64,000 nt of DNA from positions 1-64,000 of the forward strand of contig JBCBZJ010000005.1 of NCBI GenBank assembly GCA_039815375.1, given 5' to 3'. Below, piece by piece: positions 20,417-30,111 of this stretch; within the stretch, counting starts at the first letter, position 1, and the number at the start of each line of letters is the position of its first letter. The position numbers and the translations under genes are program-made. Source of the DNA: Verrucomicrobiota bacterium (lineage in GTDB: Bacteria > Verrucomicrobiota > Verrucomicrobiia > Opitutales > Coraliomargaritaceae). The notes below the pieces were generated by a model. That model searched no databases, was not told the origin of the DNA, and saw only the letters and a program-made list of their open reading frames with translations.

Positions 20417-20738
20417 TCCTTCTCTACGTTTGGAGGATATTCTCGAAGCCGTCGAGATGGTGGAAAACTATTTGGACGGATATGACTTCGAGCGATTTAC
20501 AAATGACCGCAAAACTGTCGATGCCGTGACACGTAGGCTGGAAGTGGTTGGCGAAGCTGTAAAGCACTTGCCCGAAACCATGACGGACGCATACCCCGAA
20601 GTGCCTTGGCGAGCGATTGCGGGTTTTCGTGATGTGATCGCACATAGTTACTTTCGCACGGAAGATTCAATCATCTGGGATGCAGCAACAGAAGGCCTGA
20701 AAGTTTTGAAGCTCGCAGTGAAGCGTCTGCTTGGGTGA
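20406..20738 (+). CDS. hepT: HEPN (DUF86) RNase toxin
   Basis: DAVTRRLEVVGEA, PEVPW, RDVIAHSY (RX4HXY). Confidence 0.9.
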   Translation: MSRDPSLRLEDILEAVEMVENYLDGYDFERFTNDRKTVDAVTRRLEVVGEAVKHLPETMTDAYPEVPWRAIAGFRDVIAHSYFRTEDSIIWDAATEGLKVLKLAVKRLLG

Positions 20739-20868
20739 ATGATTTTTTGAACCACCCGCGCCTGCGGCGCTAAAGAATACGGAGGATTGGAGAGGCGTCC
20801 AAATCGCAATCGTAATCGACGGAGCGTTTTTCTCACGCAGAGAACGCAGAGACGCTAAGGATAATTTT

Positions 20869-21012
20869 AACAGGAGGAAACAGAGTTAGCAGAGTTAGTT
20901 TTTTTATGAACTGATACTTTAATCCTCTGTGTTCTCTGCTAGCTCCTGTTCAATTGTTCGTTTTCCTGAGCTGCTAGCAGAGTTGTTGGTGATACTGGTC
21001 GAGGATGGCTTC
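20869..21012. repeat. Hairpin copy 3 (20869-20950) plus 3' remnant of the small ORF
   Basis: Same arms, then caattgttcgttttcctgagctgcta and the reverse complement of ..AILDQYHQQL. Confidence 0.88.
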
Positions 21013-21081
21013 AAATGCAAAGATAACGACATGACCCTTTTTCTGACCTGTATTACGCGACCAGCTTCCATCCAAATTCAG

Positions 21082-22821
21082 CTATTTTTTGGCTTCCCTC
21101 TTGGCCTTTTCGGTAGCTTTACGTTCAGCTTTTTCGATAGCTTCCTGGAATTTCTTTTGCGCAGGGTTTATGCGTTTGTGTTCTATGTCCGAGTCTGGCT
21201 GTGGGAAGGCAACGTTCTTTCTTGCAGCTCCTTTCTTAAATCCATTCTCCAAGTATTTACAAAGGGCTTTCTTGCCTTCTTCGCTTTTGATGTATTCCAA
21301 CCAGAGTTGGCCGTGCAGGTACTCATGGTAAAGTAGCCCTTTGTTGGAAGCAGTCTGGTTGAATTTACCGACCCAGAATAGGGCGATAATCGATTCTACG
21401 CTGAATACGATTACACCTTTTCTCAAACTGTAGGGCATACTTCCAGGTTTATACATACCATCGCCCTTTTTGTCCTTCGGCTCGTCCTTGGCGGGTTTTG
21501 GTGTTGGTCCAAACTTCCAACGGTGTTTCACCTTGATGGTAATCTCCTGCTCTTTACCGTTCACAGTCATCTTGCACTTGAATTCCAACAAAAGCTTGTA
21601 GGCGCCGCCCATGAACTTAAGGAAATCGTCCACCTTGATCGGCGCCTTGCTCTTACGCTTCAGAAAGTTGGCGTGCAGCGCCTTGTAAAGGCCATCAAAG
21701 TAATTCTTGTCGGCTTTCTCGATTTTCTTTGCATTTTTTGGATCGGTTGCCTTGGCAGCTTCTTTAGCCTTCTTCTCTGCATCGTCTACCAAGTCGCCCA
21801 AGCTCTTTTTCTTTTTCTGCGGCCCCGGTGCCTTTTGCTGCAAAAGCTTTCCTGCTTGTTCCGGTAATTTGCCGATGCGATCAATGATCTTTTTACTGGT
21901 TGATTTCGTTCTCTCGGTATCGCATTTAAGCGCACTCTCGTAAACCCGCTTCAGGCGTTTGTAGGCAAGAGCCTCTTTAAGCTGTTTAATTAAGCCGGTG
22001 ATACCTTTTTTCTTTTCTTTAATCGCTCCCTTTACTGCCGCTAAGGCTTCTTGCAATTTCTTGATCGCTTCCTCAAGTGCCTTTACGGCCTCTTGTGCAG
22101 CTTCCAGTTGCACAGTGCCTTCAAGGGAATATGGATCGAGCCTTTGCAGGTTCTTGAGGTTCGCTTTTGCTTTCCTTAACTGCTCCTTCAATTTTTTGAG
22201 GATATCTTCGGCAGCTTTTATCTCTTTGTCTGCGAATTCATTTTCAACTTGTAGGTTATTGAGCGCTTCTTCAGCCGCTCGCATACGCTTAAGCAGTTTC
22301 ACCAACGCGGGTAGCTTTTCCTTATCAACCAGCCTTACATTTACAGTTTTGCCATCTATACCCGGGACACCGGCAGAACTCTTGTCTGGCTTGGGCAACC
22401 CAAGTCTCGGGCCAGATGTATCGACACCTGCCCAAAGATATTCTTTTGCAAGTTGTGCGTACTCTTTGGTTTTAGGACCAGAACATTCTTTGGCTGCGCC
22501 GATGGCCTTCTTGATGATCTCTGCAGCTTTATCGAGCTTCTTCTGGATATCTGCAGCTATATCCCGATTTTTCTTCGCGATATTATTTAGCACATGTGAA
22601 TTTTTACTCTGCTTCTTTGCATTGTCTTCATGTCGAGCTGCAAGATCCAGATGACTCTGCCGTTTTGCCTTCCACTTTTGGCGAGCCTTCTCCGCTTCTA
22701 CAAGTGCGAACCATTTGCACGCGGCGTTGCGATCTTTGAATATAACAGAATTTCCGCCATCTTTTTTTACTCCGGGTATACCGAAGGTCGGGTTTTTGAG
22801 AGGGATAGTAATTTTTGCCAT
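21082..22821 (-). CDS. Lys/Ala-rich coiled-coil protein with a C-terminal HEXXH motif
   Basis: 579-aa ORF, heptad-like central region, LLYHEYLHGQ. Confidence 0.8.
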   Translation of the reverse strand: MAKITIPLKNPTFGIPGVKKDGGNSVIFKDRNAACKWFALVEAEKARQKWKAKRQSHLDLAARHEDNAKKQSKNSHVLNNIAKKNRDIAADIQKKLDKAAEIIKKAIGAAKECSGPKTKEYAQLAKEYLWAGVDTSGPRLGLPKPDKSSAGVPGIDGKTVNVRLVDKEKLPALVKLLKRMRAAEEALNNLQVENEFADKEIKAAEDILKKLKEQLRKAKANLKNLQRLDPYSLEGTVQLEAAQEAVKALEEAIKKLQEALAAVKGAIKEKKKGITGLIKQLKEALAYKRLKRVYESALKCDTERTKSTSKKIIDRIGKLPEQAGKLLQQKAPGPQKKKKSLGDLVDDAEKKAKEAAKATDPKNAKKIEKADKNYFDGLYKALHANFLKRKSKAPIKVDDFLKFMGGAYKLLLEFKCKMTVNGKEQEITIKVKHRWKFGPTPKPAKDEPKDKKGDGMYKPGSMPYSLRKGVIVFSVESIIALFWVGKFNQTASNKGLLYHEYLHGQLWLEYIKSEEGKKALCKYLENGFKKGAARKNVAFPQPDSDIEHKRINPAQKKFQEAIEKAERKATEKAKREAKK

Positions 22822-23025
22822 AAGAGAAGAATATCAGCTTTGTTACGTAATTACTTTTCTTCCAATCCAATAATCAAACTTATAATAGCCATAACTTAGA
22901 AAGTCTTATACAGCTAGCATGGCAGCTGCCACTGAAAAAAATATTCACCGCGAAGATATTGTGGGCCAGTTTTAGGCACCTCGACCAAGCCGCCACCGCC
23001 ACGAGTAAATACAGAGGATAGTTGT

Positions 23026-23107
23026 AACAGGAGGAAACAGAGCGAGCAGAGCTAGGTTTTTTATGAGCTGATATTTCAAACCTCTGTTTTCTCTGCTACC
23101 TCCTGTT
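23026..23107. repeat. ~82-bp hairpin element, copy 4
   Basis: aacaggaggaaacagagcgagcagag ... ctctgttttctctgctacctcctgtt. Confidence 0.9.
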
Positions 23108-23130
23108 CAATTGTTCGTTTTCCTGAGCTG

Positions 23131-23361
23131 CTAGCGGAGCTGGTCGTGGTATTGGTCCAGGATGGTTTTGATCTGCTTGAGGTCTTCGGTGATGACGTCG
23201 CAGACGATGCTGACGTCCTCGGGATTTAATTCGGTTTGAGCGTCGGGGGATCGGGCGGCCACCGCCACGATCTGTGCGAGGGAATCAATTCGGTCCATGA
23301 ACCGGCCGGCGTCTTCTCGGGCCATTGCGTAGGTTTTCAATGCGTCGGATTTCTGAGTCAC
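23131..23361 (-). CDS. Small helical hypothetical protein (longest copy of the repeated ORF)
   Basis: 76 aa; five copies or fragments in 17.9-23.4 kb. Confidence 0.65.
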   Translation of the reverse strand: MTQKSDALKTYAMAREDAGRFMDRIDSLAQIVAVAARSPDAQTELNPEDVSIVCDVITEDLKQIKTILDQYHDQLR

Positions 23362-23407
23362 GCCTGCATCCTACAGGTTCTCGTCGGTATCGTCCACGTA
23401 GTGGAAC

Positions 23408-23525
23408 TACGTTTTGGAAAGCACTTGGAGATAAAATAGCTGACCTGCGAAAGCAGGCTGGACTCACTCAGGAAAAGTTAGCTGAGATGAGCGATTATTC
23501 CGTTGAATTTATTGGTCGAAGTTGA
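23408..23525 (+). pseudogene. Truncated XRE-family HTH regulator
   Basis: LGDKIADLRKQAGLTQEKLAEMSDYSVEFIG, ending where the AIPR gene ends. Confidence 0.7.
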
Positions 23526-25260
23526 AGTCAAATTCTAACGGAACAGAAATTTTAATTTCTGATTTTGAATATTTCCTGTAAGCCTCAAAAACAAGAAGTG
23601 TGTCTGATTCTGCCTTATACTGACGTTTGGTTTTATCTAGGCTAGATTTTTCAAAGATAGCTTCGGCCTTCCTGAACAGTTCAAGTGCTATAGCTCGACT
23701 GCTCAACTCTTGTTTGAACTCCTCGCATTTTCTGTCCATCTGCTTGCTGTTCATGGGGGCAAGGTCTTCTCCCATAGACAACAGTCGTGCTAATAGGAGT
23801 ATGTGGTAGCGGATGTTTTTACTCGCCTGTTTTAGTTCACCTGTTCGAAGAAATTGCTCTACTCTATAGTAAGCCAGAGCACTTACATAATAGGGTGAGT
23901 AAACGTGGTCATTTGCAAAAATTTTACCCGTAAACTCTCTTATGATTGCCCCGTAGTAGCCGCTCACTAGGTGAGGTGAATTTAGAAACATTGAAGCAAA
24001 GGCCTTAATTTGGGTAGGTATTGAGATAATCTGTGACCTCAGGATTGTTGGGACTGAGTTGTATTGCTGGGATCTTCTTTCGTAATACAGCGGTATTTCA
24101 TCACTCTCGGCTTGAAAATAGAGTTCAAGTTTTTTCTGAAATGCATTTAAAGCTTCAAGTTGTTCAGCTTTAACTTCCGTCTGGCTGTTCGTTGCAAGCG
24201 TTATGCTTGTTTTAATATCGTCATTCTCGGTGATGACAATTCTGACAGGGACATTAACAGAATCGATGCCTTCAATTTGTTGGCACTCGTGGAGGACATG
24301 GCTCGACTGGCATCCATTTACCACCTGATAGTCTCTAATGGTGAATCTATTCCCGGCTGGAGTCAGAGATGTTGCAACGACTGTTACTCCGTTGTTCAAA
24401 ACGCAAAATTGGTCAAATTTTCCGCTTTTTAGTGTATTCTTAATCTGACGATTAACGTGGTTGTTTCCTTGGAAGTCCCGGACGTTCTCATCGAATATAT
24501 TGTGGATCGATTGGTTTTCATCCTGAATTAGCTTAAGGAACTCTGAGAGTGGTATTATTCCTATATAGGCCTCCGAGACACCCTCTATATCTGGTAAGGT
24601 AATTCTATTCTGGAAAGTGATCGTTGTAGATAATTTGTTCTTACTTTGCTGATAAAGGTTTTGAATCTCCGATGCACCTAGCGGTTCAAATTTGGTTTCT
24701 TCAAAGAGGGAAAGGGAGTCGATCTGAGTAGTTCCTTCATCGATAACAGCCCGAAGATTTTCGTCGTCCGCCCATTTGCCGGTGCACGCGTAATACAGAC
24801 GACACAGTGGTCTTCTGTTGATCATGAACGAAGACATCGAAATTAATTGTTCCCACAGAGCTTTTACATGTGCCACTTTTGAATTCTGCCGAAGCTTAGG
24901 TTGATCGCTCAAGAAGTCCTTTACTCCATGTGTGAATGTTCTCATTGCAGCCCCATCGAATGAAGAGGACGACTTGGATTGAATGAATGTTATGTCTGCG
25001 TCTATCTGGCCAGCTGCGTCTACTATGTCTTGAAGCTCATCTTCGGTTACTATGCGACCATTTACAGTGAGAAGAATTCCATCGATTCCACAGTCATTTC
25101 CTGCCCCGCAATGAATGTCTTCTAATCCAAAGCTACCTCTAAAAAGCTTCGTTGTTATCAGGTTATTGATGAAATGCTCGAATTGAGTAGCTTCAGATAA
25201 TCCATTCAACTCATATTGTGCCGAAAAAGTCGTTAGAAGGGATTTCGTTATCTTGTCCAT
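23509..25260 (-). CDS. AIPR-family protein (abortive infection phage resistance)
   Basis: DCGIDG, ENVRDFQG, LNNGVTVV, YQVVNGCQSS, ATNSQT, YYERR. Confidence 0.9.
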   Translation of the reverse strand: MDKITKSLLTTFSAQYELNGLSEATQFEHFINNLITTKLFRGSFGLEDIHCGAGNDCGIDGILLTVNGRIVTEDELQDIVDAAGQIDADITFIQSKSSSSFDGAAMRTFTHGVKDFLSDQPKLRQNSKVAHVKALWEQLISMSSFMINRRPLCRLYYACTGKWADDENLRAVIDEGTTQIDSLSLFEETKFEPLGASEIQNLYQQSKNKLSTTITFQNRITLPDIEGVSEAYIGIIPLSEFLKLIQDENQSIHNIFDENVRDFQGNNHVNRQIKNTLKSGKFDQFCVLNNGVTVVATSLTPAGNRFTIRDYQVVNGCQSSHVLHECQQIEGIDSVNVPVRIVITENDDIKTSITLATNSQTEVKAEQLEALNAFQKKLELYFQAESDEIPLYYERRSQQYNSVPTILRSQIISIPTQIKAFASMFLNSPHLVSGYYGAIIREFTGKIFANDHVYSPYYVSALAYYRVEQFLRTGELKQASKNIRYHILLLARLLSMGEDLAPMNSKQMDRKCEEFKQELSSRAIALELFRKAEAIFEKSSLDKTKRQYKAESDTLLVFEAYRKYSKSEIKISVPLEFDFNFDQ

Positions 25261-25353
25261 TTAGCCTGTAGATACTGTTAGTTTTTTAAATACCTAGCGG
25301 TCTTTTGTTCAATTAAATTAGCTCAGAGGTTGAGTTGCGTATATTTATTAACG

Positions 25354-25431
25354 AAAAAAGGCCGCTCCAGATGGAGCGGCCTTCGTGCTTAAAGCTTTGT
25401 GTGCGGACGCCTGAGAGCAGGCGTCCCTACC
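25354..25431 (-). terminator. GTAG-REP plus intrinsic terminator following a gyrA-tail copy
   Basis: REP at 25405-25431; hairpin aggccgctcc/ggagcggcct with a 6-U tract on the minus strand; near-duplicate at 28214-28290. Confidence 0.8.
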
Positions 25432-25432
25432 T

Positions 25433-25695
25433 TTACTCCTCCGCTGGAGCTTCGCCGGACTCGTCATCACCCGCTTCATCCTCCTCTGATGCTATTACTT
25501 TCGAAATCCCGATAAGTTTGTCTTTATCGCCGAGGTTGACGCCTTGGGCAGTAGAAGTTTGAAGTTAGAATAGTGAAGAGGGAGATTTGGGCACGAGAAT
25601 GGCCCTTGAGGGTGAACATCATGATCTCGTCTTCGTCGGTGACGGAGATGGCACCGGCCACTTTCTCGGACTTAATGGCGATGATGCCGGAGCCG
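25433..25695 (-). pseudogene. gyrA: Orphan gyrA 3'-end copy (two segments)
   Basis: 25600-25695 is 92/96 nt identical to 30526-30621; 25433-25550 encodes AQGVNLGDKDKLIGISKVIASEEDEAGDDESGEAPAEE*. Confidence 0.92.
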
Positions 25696-25730
25696 TAGGG
25701 GACTTAGCGCCACATCTTGAAAGTTCTCAA

Positions 25731-27134
25731 TCATCCGTGGTTGGATAATTCTTCTATCTTTGATGATGGAGCATGTAGCGCGAATAGTCTTATTGCGCCT
25801 TTGGTCACATACTTATAAAAAATATAGAGAGTTCGACTGTAGAGAAGAATATAGAAAAGATAGCAAATCAAGAGAGCAAAAGTCGCCTTGGATTGATCAA
25901 GATCAAAGTAGACGCGATGGTTCAGTATTATCACGGTCACCATTGCCATGAGGATCGCAACGCATGTGTTTCTGATAGAGCGATAAATATTAAGGTATCT
26001 CGTCAACCATGCTGACGAGGCGTCGGTTTTCTCTAGTATCCAGAAGGAGGCGAAATGATAACACTCGCTCGTTATATGTTTGATGCTTGTTATTTTTCTA
26101 CCGTCAAACTTGTCCCTCGGGCCAAATGTTCTATCAAAGTAAATTGATGCGGTTTCATTGAGTGGAGGGGTTTCACGGAGCTTATTTCTAGAGAATCTAA
26201 AGGTGATTCTATTTTTAGACGGTTTAAACCAGGTGAGAAGGTGTGAAATATCTTTGGTTCTGACACTCCGCCCCTCACTGCTTTTGAAAAGCTTGGATTT
26301 ATCGTTGTTCCGGCTTTCTACCCGACCGTAAAAACGGCCGAAAGGTTCACGGACATTTATCCCGTCGAGTTGCTGTTTGAATTTGCTACAGAATAGTTCT
26401 GTAATATCATCATCAAGTGTGCGATCTAGTCGGGTCACTCTACAAAAGATTTGAATCACGATCTCGAAAGGTCTGAAAAAATAATACATGAAGACATACT
26501 TGAACGGCAAGAATCGTGACTGATTGGAGCGAAATACGTGTGAATCTAGGCCTTGTTTCATATAAATGCCGTAAGCAAAGTTTTGAAGAAGGCGTTCAAA
26601 GGCTCGTTTAGGTTTGAATAGTGAGAACCACAGGACGCCAAATAGGTATATGATTAGAATGGTGAGGAAGATTAGAAGCAGTCTCTTATTATTCCATACA
26701 CAACACAGCAATAGGGCGATATGGAAAAAGGAAACGATAGCCCGCCATATGGTGGCTCCTCTTCTACTGTGCCTTGGCCAGAACCCCATGATTCTTTCGA
26801 ACGGATAACCAATTGATCTTCCAATGAAGATCTCCTCGATGATCATGCTACCAATGGCGGCTAGAATGTTGCCGATGAGCCAGAAAGCGAATGCGGCATA
26901 GACAGTAACAGCTACACCAGCGATTATCTGTTCCAGAGGGCTACTATTTTCAGCAATAGAAAGCTTATTAAAAGTCACAAATTTGATCACTTCTAATACA
27001 CGATCATCTCCGTATATAGCTGATATCAAAAGTAAGGTGATTGATATGTATGCGAAGGCTGGAACGACATATGTGAACATGCCAGCGCGTTGAATTAGAC
27101 TCGGGTGGTTGCTGCTATGCTCCTTATCTCTCAT
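25731..27134 (-). CDS. Hypothetical polytopic membrane protein, AT-rich
   Basis: 467-aa ORF with about six hydrophobic segments. Confidence 0.75.
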   Translation of the reverse strand: MRDKEHSSNHPSLIQRAGMFTYVVPAFAYISITLLLISAIYGDDRVLEVIKFVTFNKLSIAENSSPLEQIIAGVAVTVYAAFAFWLIGNILAAIGSMIIEEIFIGRSIGYPFERIMGFWPRHSRRGATIWRAIVSFFHIALLLCCVWNNKRLLLIFLTILIIYLFGVLWFSLFKPKRAFERLLQNFAYGIYMKQGLDSHVFRSNQSRFLPFKYVFMYYFFRPFEIVIQIFCRVTRLDRTLDDDITELFCSKFKQQLDGINVREPFGRFYGRVESRNNDKSKLFKSSEGRSVRTKDISHLLTWFKPSKNRITFRFSRNKLRETPPLNETASIYFDRTFGPRDKFDGRKITSIKHITSECYHFASFWILEKTDASSAWLTRYLNIYRSIRNTCVAILMAMVTVIILNHRVYFDLDQSKATFALLICYLFYILLYSRTLYIFYKYVTKGAIRLFALHAPSSKIEELSNHG

Positions 27135-27276
27135 TTAAGGTCTTCGCGTTTAAAGTTTGGTGTTCTTTGTGATGATTACTATTGTTCGTTCAGTGCCCGG
27201 AGGACACTCGCTTCACTCAACCCTCCGGGGCCAGCTCTGTGAGCGGACTATGGCCGATTCCCTATGGGCTCGGTCA

Positions 27277-27404
27277 TTTCACTGGATCCGGAAGCTGTGC
27301 TGTTGTGCTTCGTCTTCTAATGGCTTCGGATGCCTTTCCGCCTTCTTCAGCAGCCTGGTCCTCTTCTGAGGCGATGACCTTAGAGATGCTGATCACTAAT
27401 TCTT
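27277..27404 (-). pseudogene. gyrA: Short, degenerate orphan gyrA 3'-end copy
   Basis: Minus strand reads ELVISISKVIASEEDQAAEEGGKASEA, vs resident ELIGISKVIASEEDEAGDAEDGGEASAE. Confidence 0.8.
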
Positions 27405-27472
27405 ATAGCTGAGTTCGACGCTTTGGGTGGCGTGCTGACGACACTGAGATCCTTGATCGGAGAGTAGATAAA

Positions 27473-28108
27473 CTAGTTAATCTTGATATAGTAATAGACA
27501 GCTGCATTGACTGGACGTGTTTCGGTCGAACTTCCAGAAGGGGTGGAGCTTTTTTGAGTGCCAGACCGAGGAACTGATTCATTGTCTGATCCACCTCCAG
27601 CTCTGTGGCTCCTTGAATATCCGTCGTATTTATGGCTATGCTTCTCCATTGCGTCTCCCTGATAACTACCAGCTGTTCGTGTGTTGTCGGGGTCCGCGAA
27701 ATCGTCGTTTCGAAATGAACCAGCTTCTGAATGGTTAAGGCCTCGGAGAAAAATGCCTCTGAGATCAGGAATATTTGATTTTATTTTTTGGGCATATTTT
27801 GAACCTGCGACTAAACGGCCATCAGCCGGAACCCAGTAGGAGGCGACTGGGTCAAAAGAGCCATCATCACCGGCGAGTTCAGAAAAGTCCTTTGCTGGTA
27901 GCATTGAGGCGACAATTGTGCCGATTGGAAGCTGTCTACCAATTGCTGAGTTCACTTCGGGGACGAGCTCTTCTGTCTTTACTGGGTTTGCCATCAGTAG
28001 CTGTATGTATGATCCCGCGAATCCGAAAATTCCGGTAATCATAGCTATAACTATAGCTTGGATAGCTGTGATTTTTAGTTTTTTGATCTCAATTTCAGGA
28101 GGTGCCAT
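27473..28108 (-). CDS. Phage tail-collar-like protein with an N-terminal TM helix
   Basis: PIGTIVA, WVPADG, PDLRGIFLRG, AGSYQGDA..HSH, ETRPVNAAVYYYIK. Confidence 0.8.
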   Translation of the reverse strand: MAPPEIEIKKLKITAIQAIVIAMITGIFGFAGSYIQLLMANPVKTEELVPEVNSAIGRQLPIGTIVASMLPAKDFSELAGDDGSFDPVASYWVPADGRLVAGSKYAQKIKSNIPDLRGIFLRGLNHSEAGSFRNDDFADPDNTRTAGSYQGDAMEKHSHKYDGYSRSHRAGGGSDNESVPRSGTQKSSTPSGSSTETRPVNAAVYYYIKIN

Positions 28109-28213
28109 AACAAAACAACGTTTTTATAATAGAGGTTTGTTGGCGTGCATGTATTGTGCCTAATTCTAATGAAGTGATTTAAATTTTTCTGAGGCGATTA
28201 TTTCGATTTACGC

Positions 28214-28290
28214 AAAAAAGGCCGTCCCTTCGGAGCGGCCTTCGTGTTTAAAGCTTGGCGTGCGGACACCTGAGGGCAGGCGTCCTTACC
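28214..28290 (-). terminator. REP plus intrinsic terminator following a gyrA-tail copy
   Basis: Colinear with 25354-25431. Confidence 0.8.
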
Positions 28291-28412
28291 TTATTCCTCA
28301 GAGAGGGCTTCTTCGCCTTCCTCCTCACCCGCTTCATCCTCTTCCGAGGCGATAACTTTGCTAATCCCAATCAGCCCGCTGGCGTCGCCGAGATTGAAGC
28401 CCTGAGTTGTGC
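28291..28412 (-). pseudogene. gyrA: Orphan gyrA 3'-end copy
   Basis: TQGFNLGDASGLIGISKVIASEEDEAGEEEGEEALSEE*. Confidence 0.9.
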
Positions 28413-28543
28413 GAGTATTATCCCGATCAAGCTGTGAATGGTTAGAGTCGGGGAGGAGAGAATGTCTGCTATTTAATAGATTTGATGCAGACGCCTGCAC
28501 TCGACGAGCTCATGCCAGAAAGACCAGGTGTCCCTAGCTTAAT

Positions 28544-29338
28544 CTAGGACCAGCACCAGGAGATATCGGATTTGCTGGATAAGCAGTAGCAGAAGGCAGT
28601 TTCTGAGGCGACGAGCGACATGAAGAAGCTGGCAAACATATTGGCTTCGGCTTCCTGCCAGCTCTCCTGGATCAGCGGCCATTTCTTAGCACCATTAGAT
28701 TTTAATGCCTCTGGATCTTCCGCGAGGTGGATGCACATATGACAGAGCTCGTGCAGGTAGGAGTATAAGATGGCCCGTGTGGTTGAGATGCCGCAGAGCT
28801 CCGCCAGCTTTTTCAATGATTTTTCCCGAATGACGATAGTATAGTGTGAAATACCATTCTGCGTTTTACTCTCCGGTTCCTCATCATGTCGGAAAAGCCA
28901 GGTGCCATAGGCTCCCATTTCAGATTCCATCTCTTCAAAAGGCGGCAAGTCGGCATAGCGTTCTTCGTCTTCTGCAGTGACGATCTCGAGATTAAAGACC
29001 GATTTGTTGAAATTCAGTCTGAACCAGTCGTTGTGTTCTTTGGGAGCGGTAATCTGATTGGCTAGCAAGACGCAAGTCGTTGTCAGGTCCCACAAGGGTG
29101 ATCCGGGTGTCAGGAAGGCGAGCTTTCTTGAGGAGCCATTGGATTTCCAATTTGGAAGGCCTGGATCCGTCTCTCTGGGGCCGCCTGCATACGCATGGTA
29201 GTATGGGGCGCTGCCGTGATCTCCTGATCCTGATTGCGGATAGCGGGCTTGTTCGTGCTTATCCAGGAGATTTTCAAGCTCTTTTAAAATGGATTCAGGT
29301 GTGCGTGCCTCGTTGGTAATGACTGGTCTGAAGGGCAT
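28544..29338 (-). CDS. ImmA/IrrE-like zinc metallopeptidase
   Basis: YLHELCH followed by EAEANMFAS. Confidence 0.7.
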   Translation of the reverse strand: MPFRPVITNEARTPESILKELENLLDKHEQARYPQSGSGDHGSAPYYHAYAGGPRETDPGLPNWKSNGSSRKLAFLTPGSPLWDLTTTCVLLANQITAPKEHNDWFRLNFNKSVFNLEIVTAEDEERYADLPPFEEMESEMGAYGTWLFRHDEEPESKTQNGISHYTIVIREKSLKKLAELCGISTTRAILYSYLHELCHMCIHLAEDPEALKSNGAKKWPLIQESWQEAEANMFASFFMSLVASETAFCYCLSSKSDISWCWS

Positions 29339-29527
29339 GTGCTGAAGACAGAGTTAGATCGGTTTGTGAATCAAGTGTAAAGTAGCGTGCAATAGATTAG
29401 GGGGGAGCTGTATCTGCGCTAGCTTGTCGCAAAGCATTTCGCAAAATACCACCGCCTAGCTGGACGCAGGTTTCATGGCCAGACTCTCAGCTGGCTGGTG
29501 CTCTATTTGCCTCTTTGAGGCGCTGGA

Positions 29528-29953
29528 CTAACCTGCTTTGGCAAAAAAGCTCTGTGCGAGCTGCAGGCATCCAAGGAAGGAGGTCATATTATCCTTACTG
29601 GGTGCGATGCCGCAATTGGCACCACCCTGAGCGGCAGCAAGCTGCATGGACGATGCGCTGGCTTTGAGCATTTCTATGCCGGTCTCAGTCTCTTCACCAT
29701 TTGTCGGCTGAGCAATCGACTCATATACCCAGGCGATTTGAGATACGTTGCAGTTTTGCAGGAGTTTTTGCCACTGAAGACCGGTAAGTTGTCCAGTCTC
29801 CGGCTCAGGAGATTCCAGTAAATTGATGAAATCGTTCGGAGCCATTCCGACTAATTCGGAAAGTTCTCCAACAGATGTGTCCCCCGCTTTCAGGGAAGAT
29901 CGGATGTGATTTACCGCTCCCTTCGCAAGAGCCTGATAGGTAGTATCGTTCAT
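29528..29953 (-). CDS. Hypothetical protein with a possible N-terminal HTH
   Basis: SVGELSELVGMAPNDFINLL. Confidence 0.55.
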   Translation of the reverse strand: MNDTTYQALAKGAVNHIRSSLKAGDTSVGELSELVGMAPNDFINLLESPEPETGQLTGLQWQKLLQNCNVSQIAWVYESIAQPTNGEETETGIEMLKASASSMQLAAAQGGANCGIAPSKDNMTSFLGCLQLAQSFFAKAG

Positions 29954-30078
29954 TAATGTTTAGTTTGTTGTATGAATCCTAATGTTTCAATTAATCAGCA
30001 AGTTGCGTGTGCTTTTTACGAGAGTTATACGATTTCCTGAGGTATATTAAGTCGATTAATTCTGAGGACATATAAAAT

Positions 30079-30111
30079 AAGAATTCCTACTCAGCGGGAG
30101 TAGGAATTCTT
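30079..30111. terminator. Perfect 14-bp stem-loop downstream of gyrA
   Basis: aagaattcctactc / gagtaggaattctt. Confidence 0.65.

Noticed and set aside
18211..23107. 82-bp hairpins as classical integron attC sites
   Set aside because: AAC...GTT ends and size fit, but flanks mostly miss RYYYAAC/GTTRRRY, the arms align without extrahelical bases, and no intI is present. Not called; a covariance-model search would settle it.
21082..29953. Prophage, suggested by tail-collar, ImmA-like and XRE genes
   Set aside because: No integrase, terminase, capsid, portal or lysis genes; the genes are isolated between repeat units.
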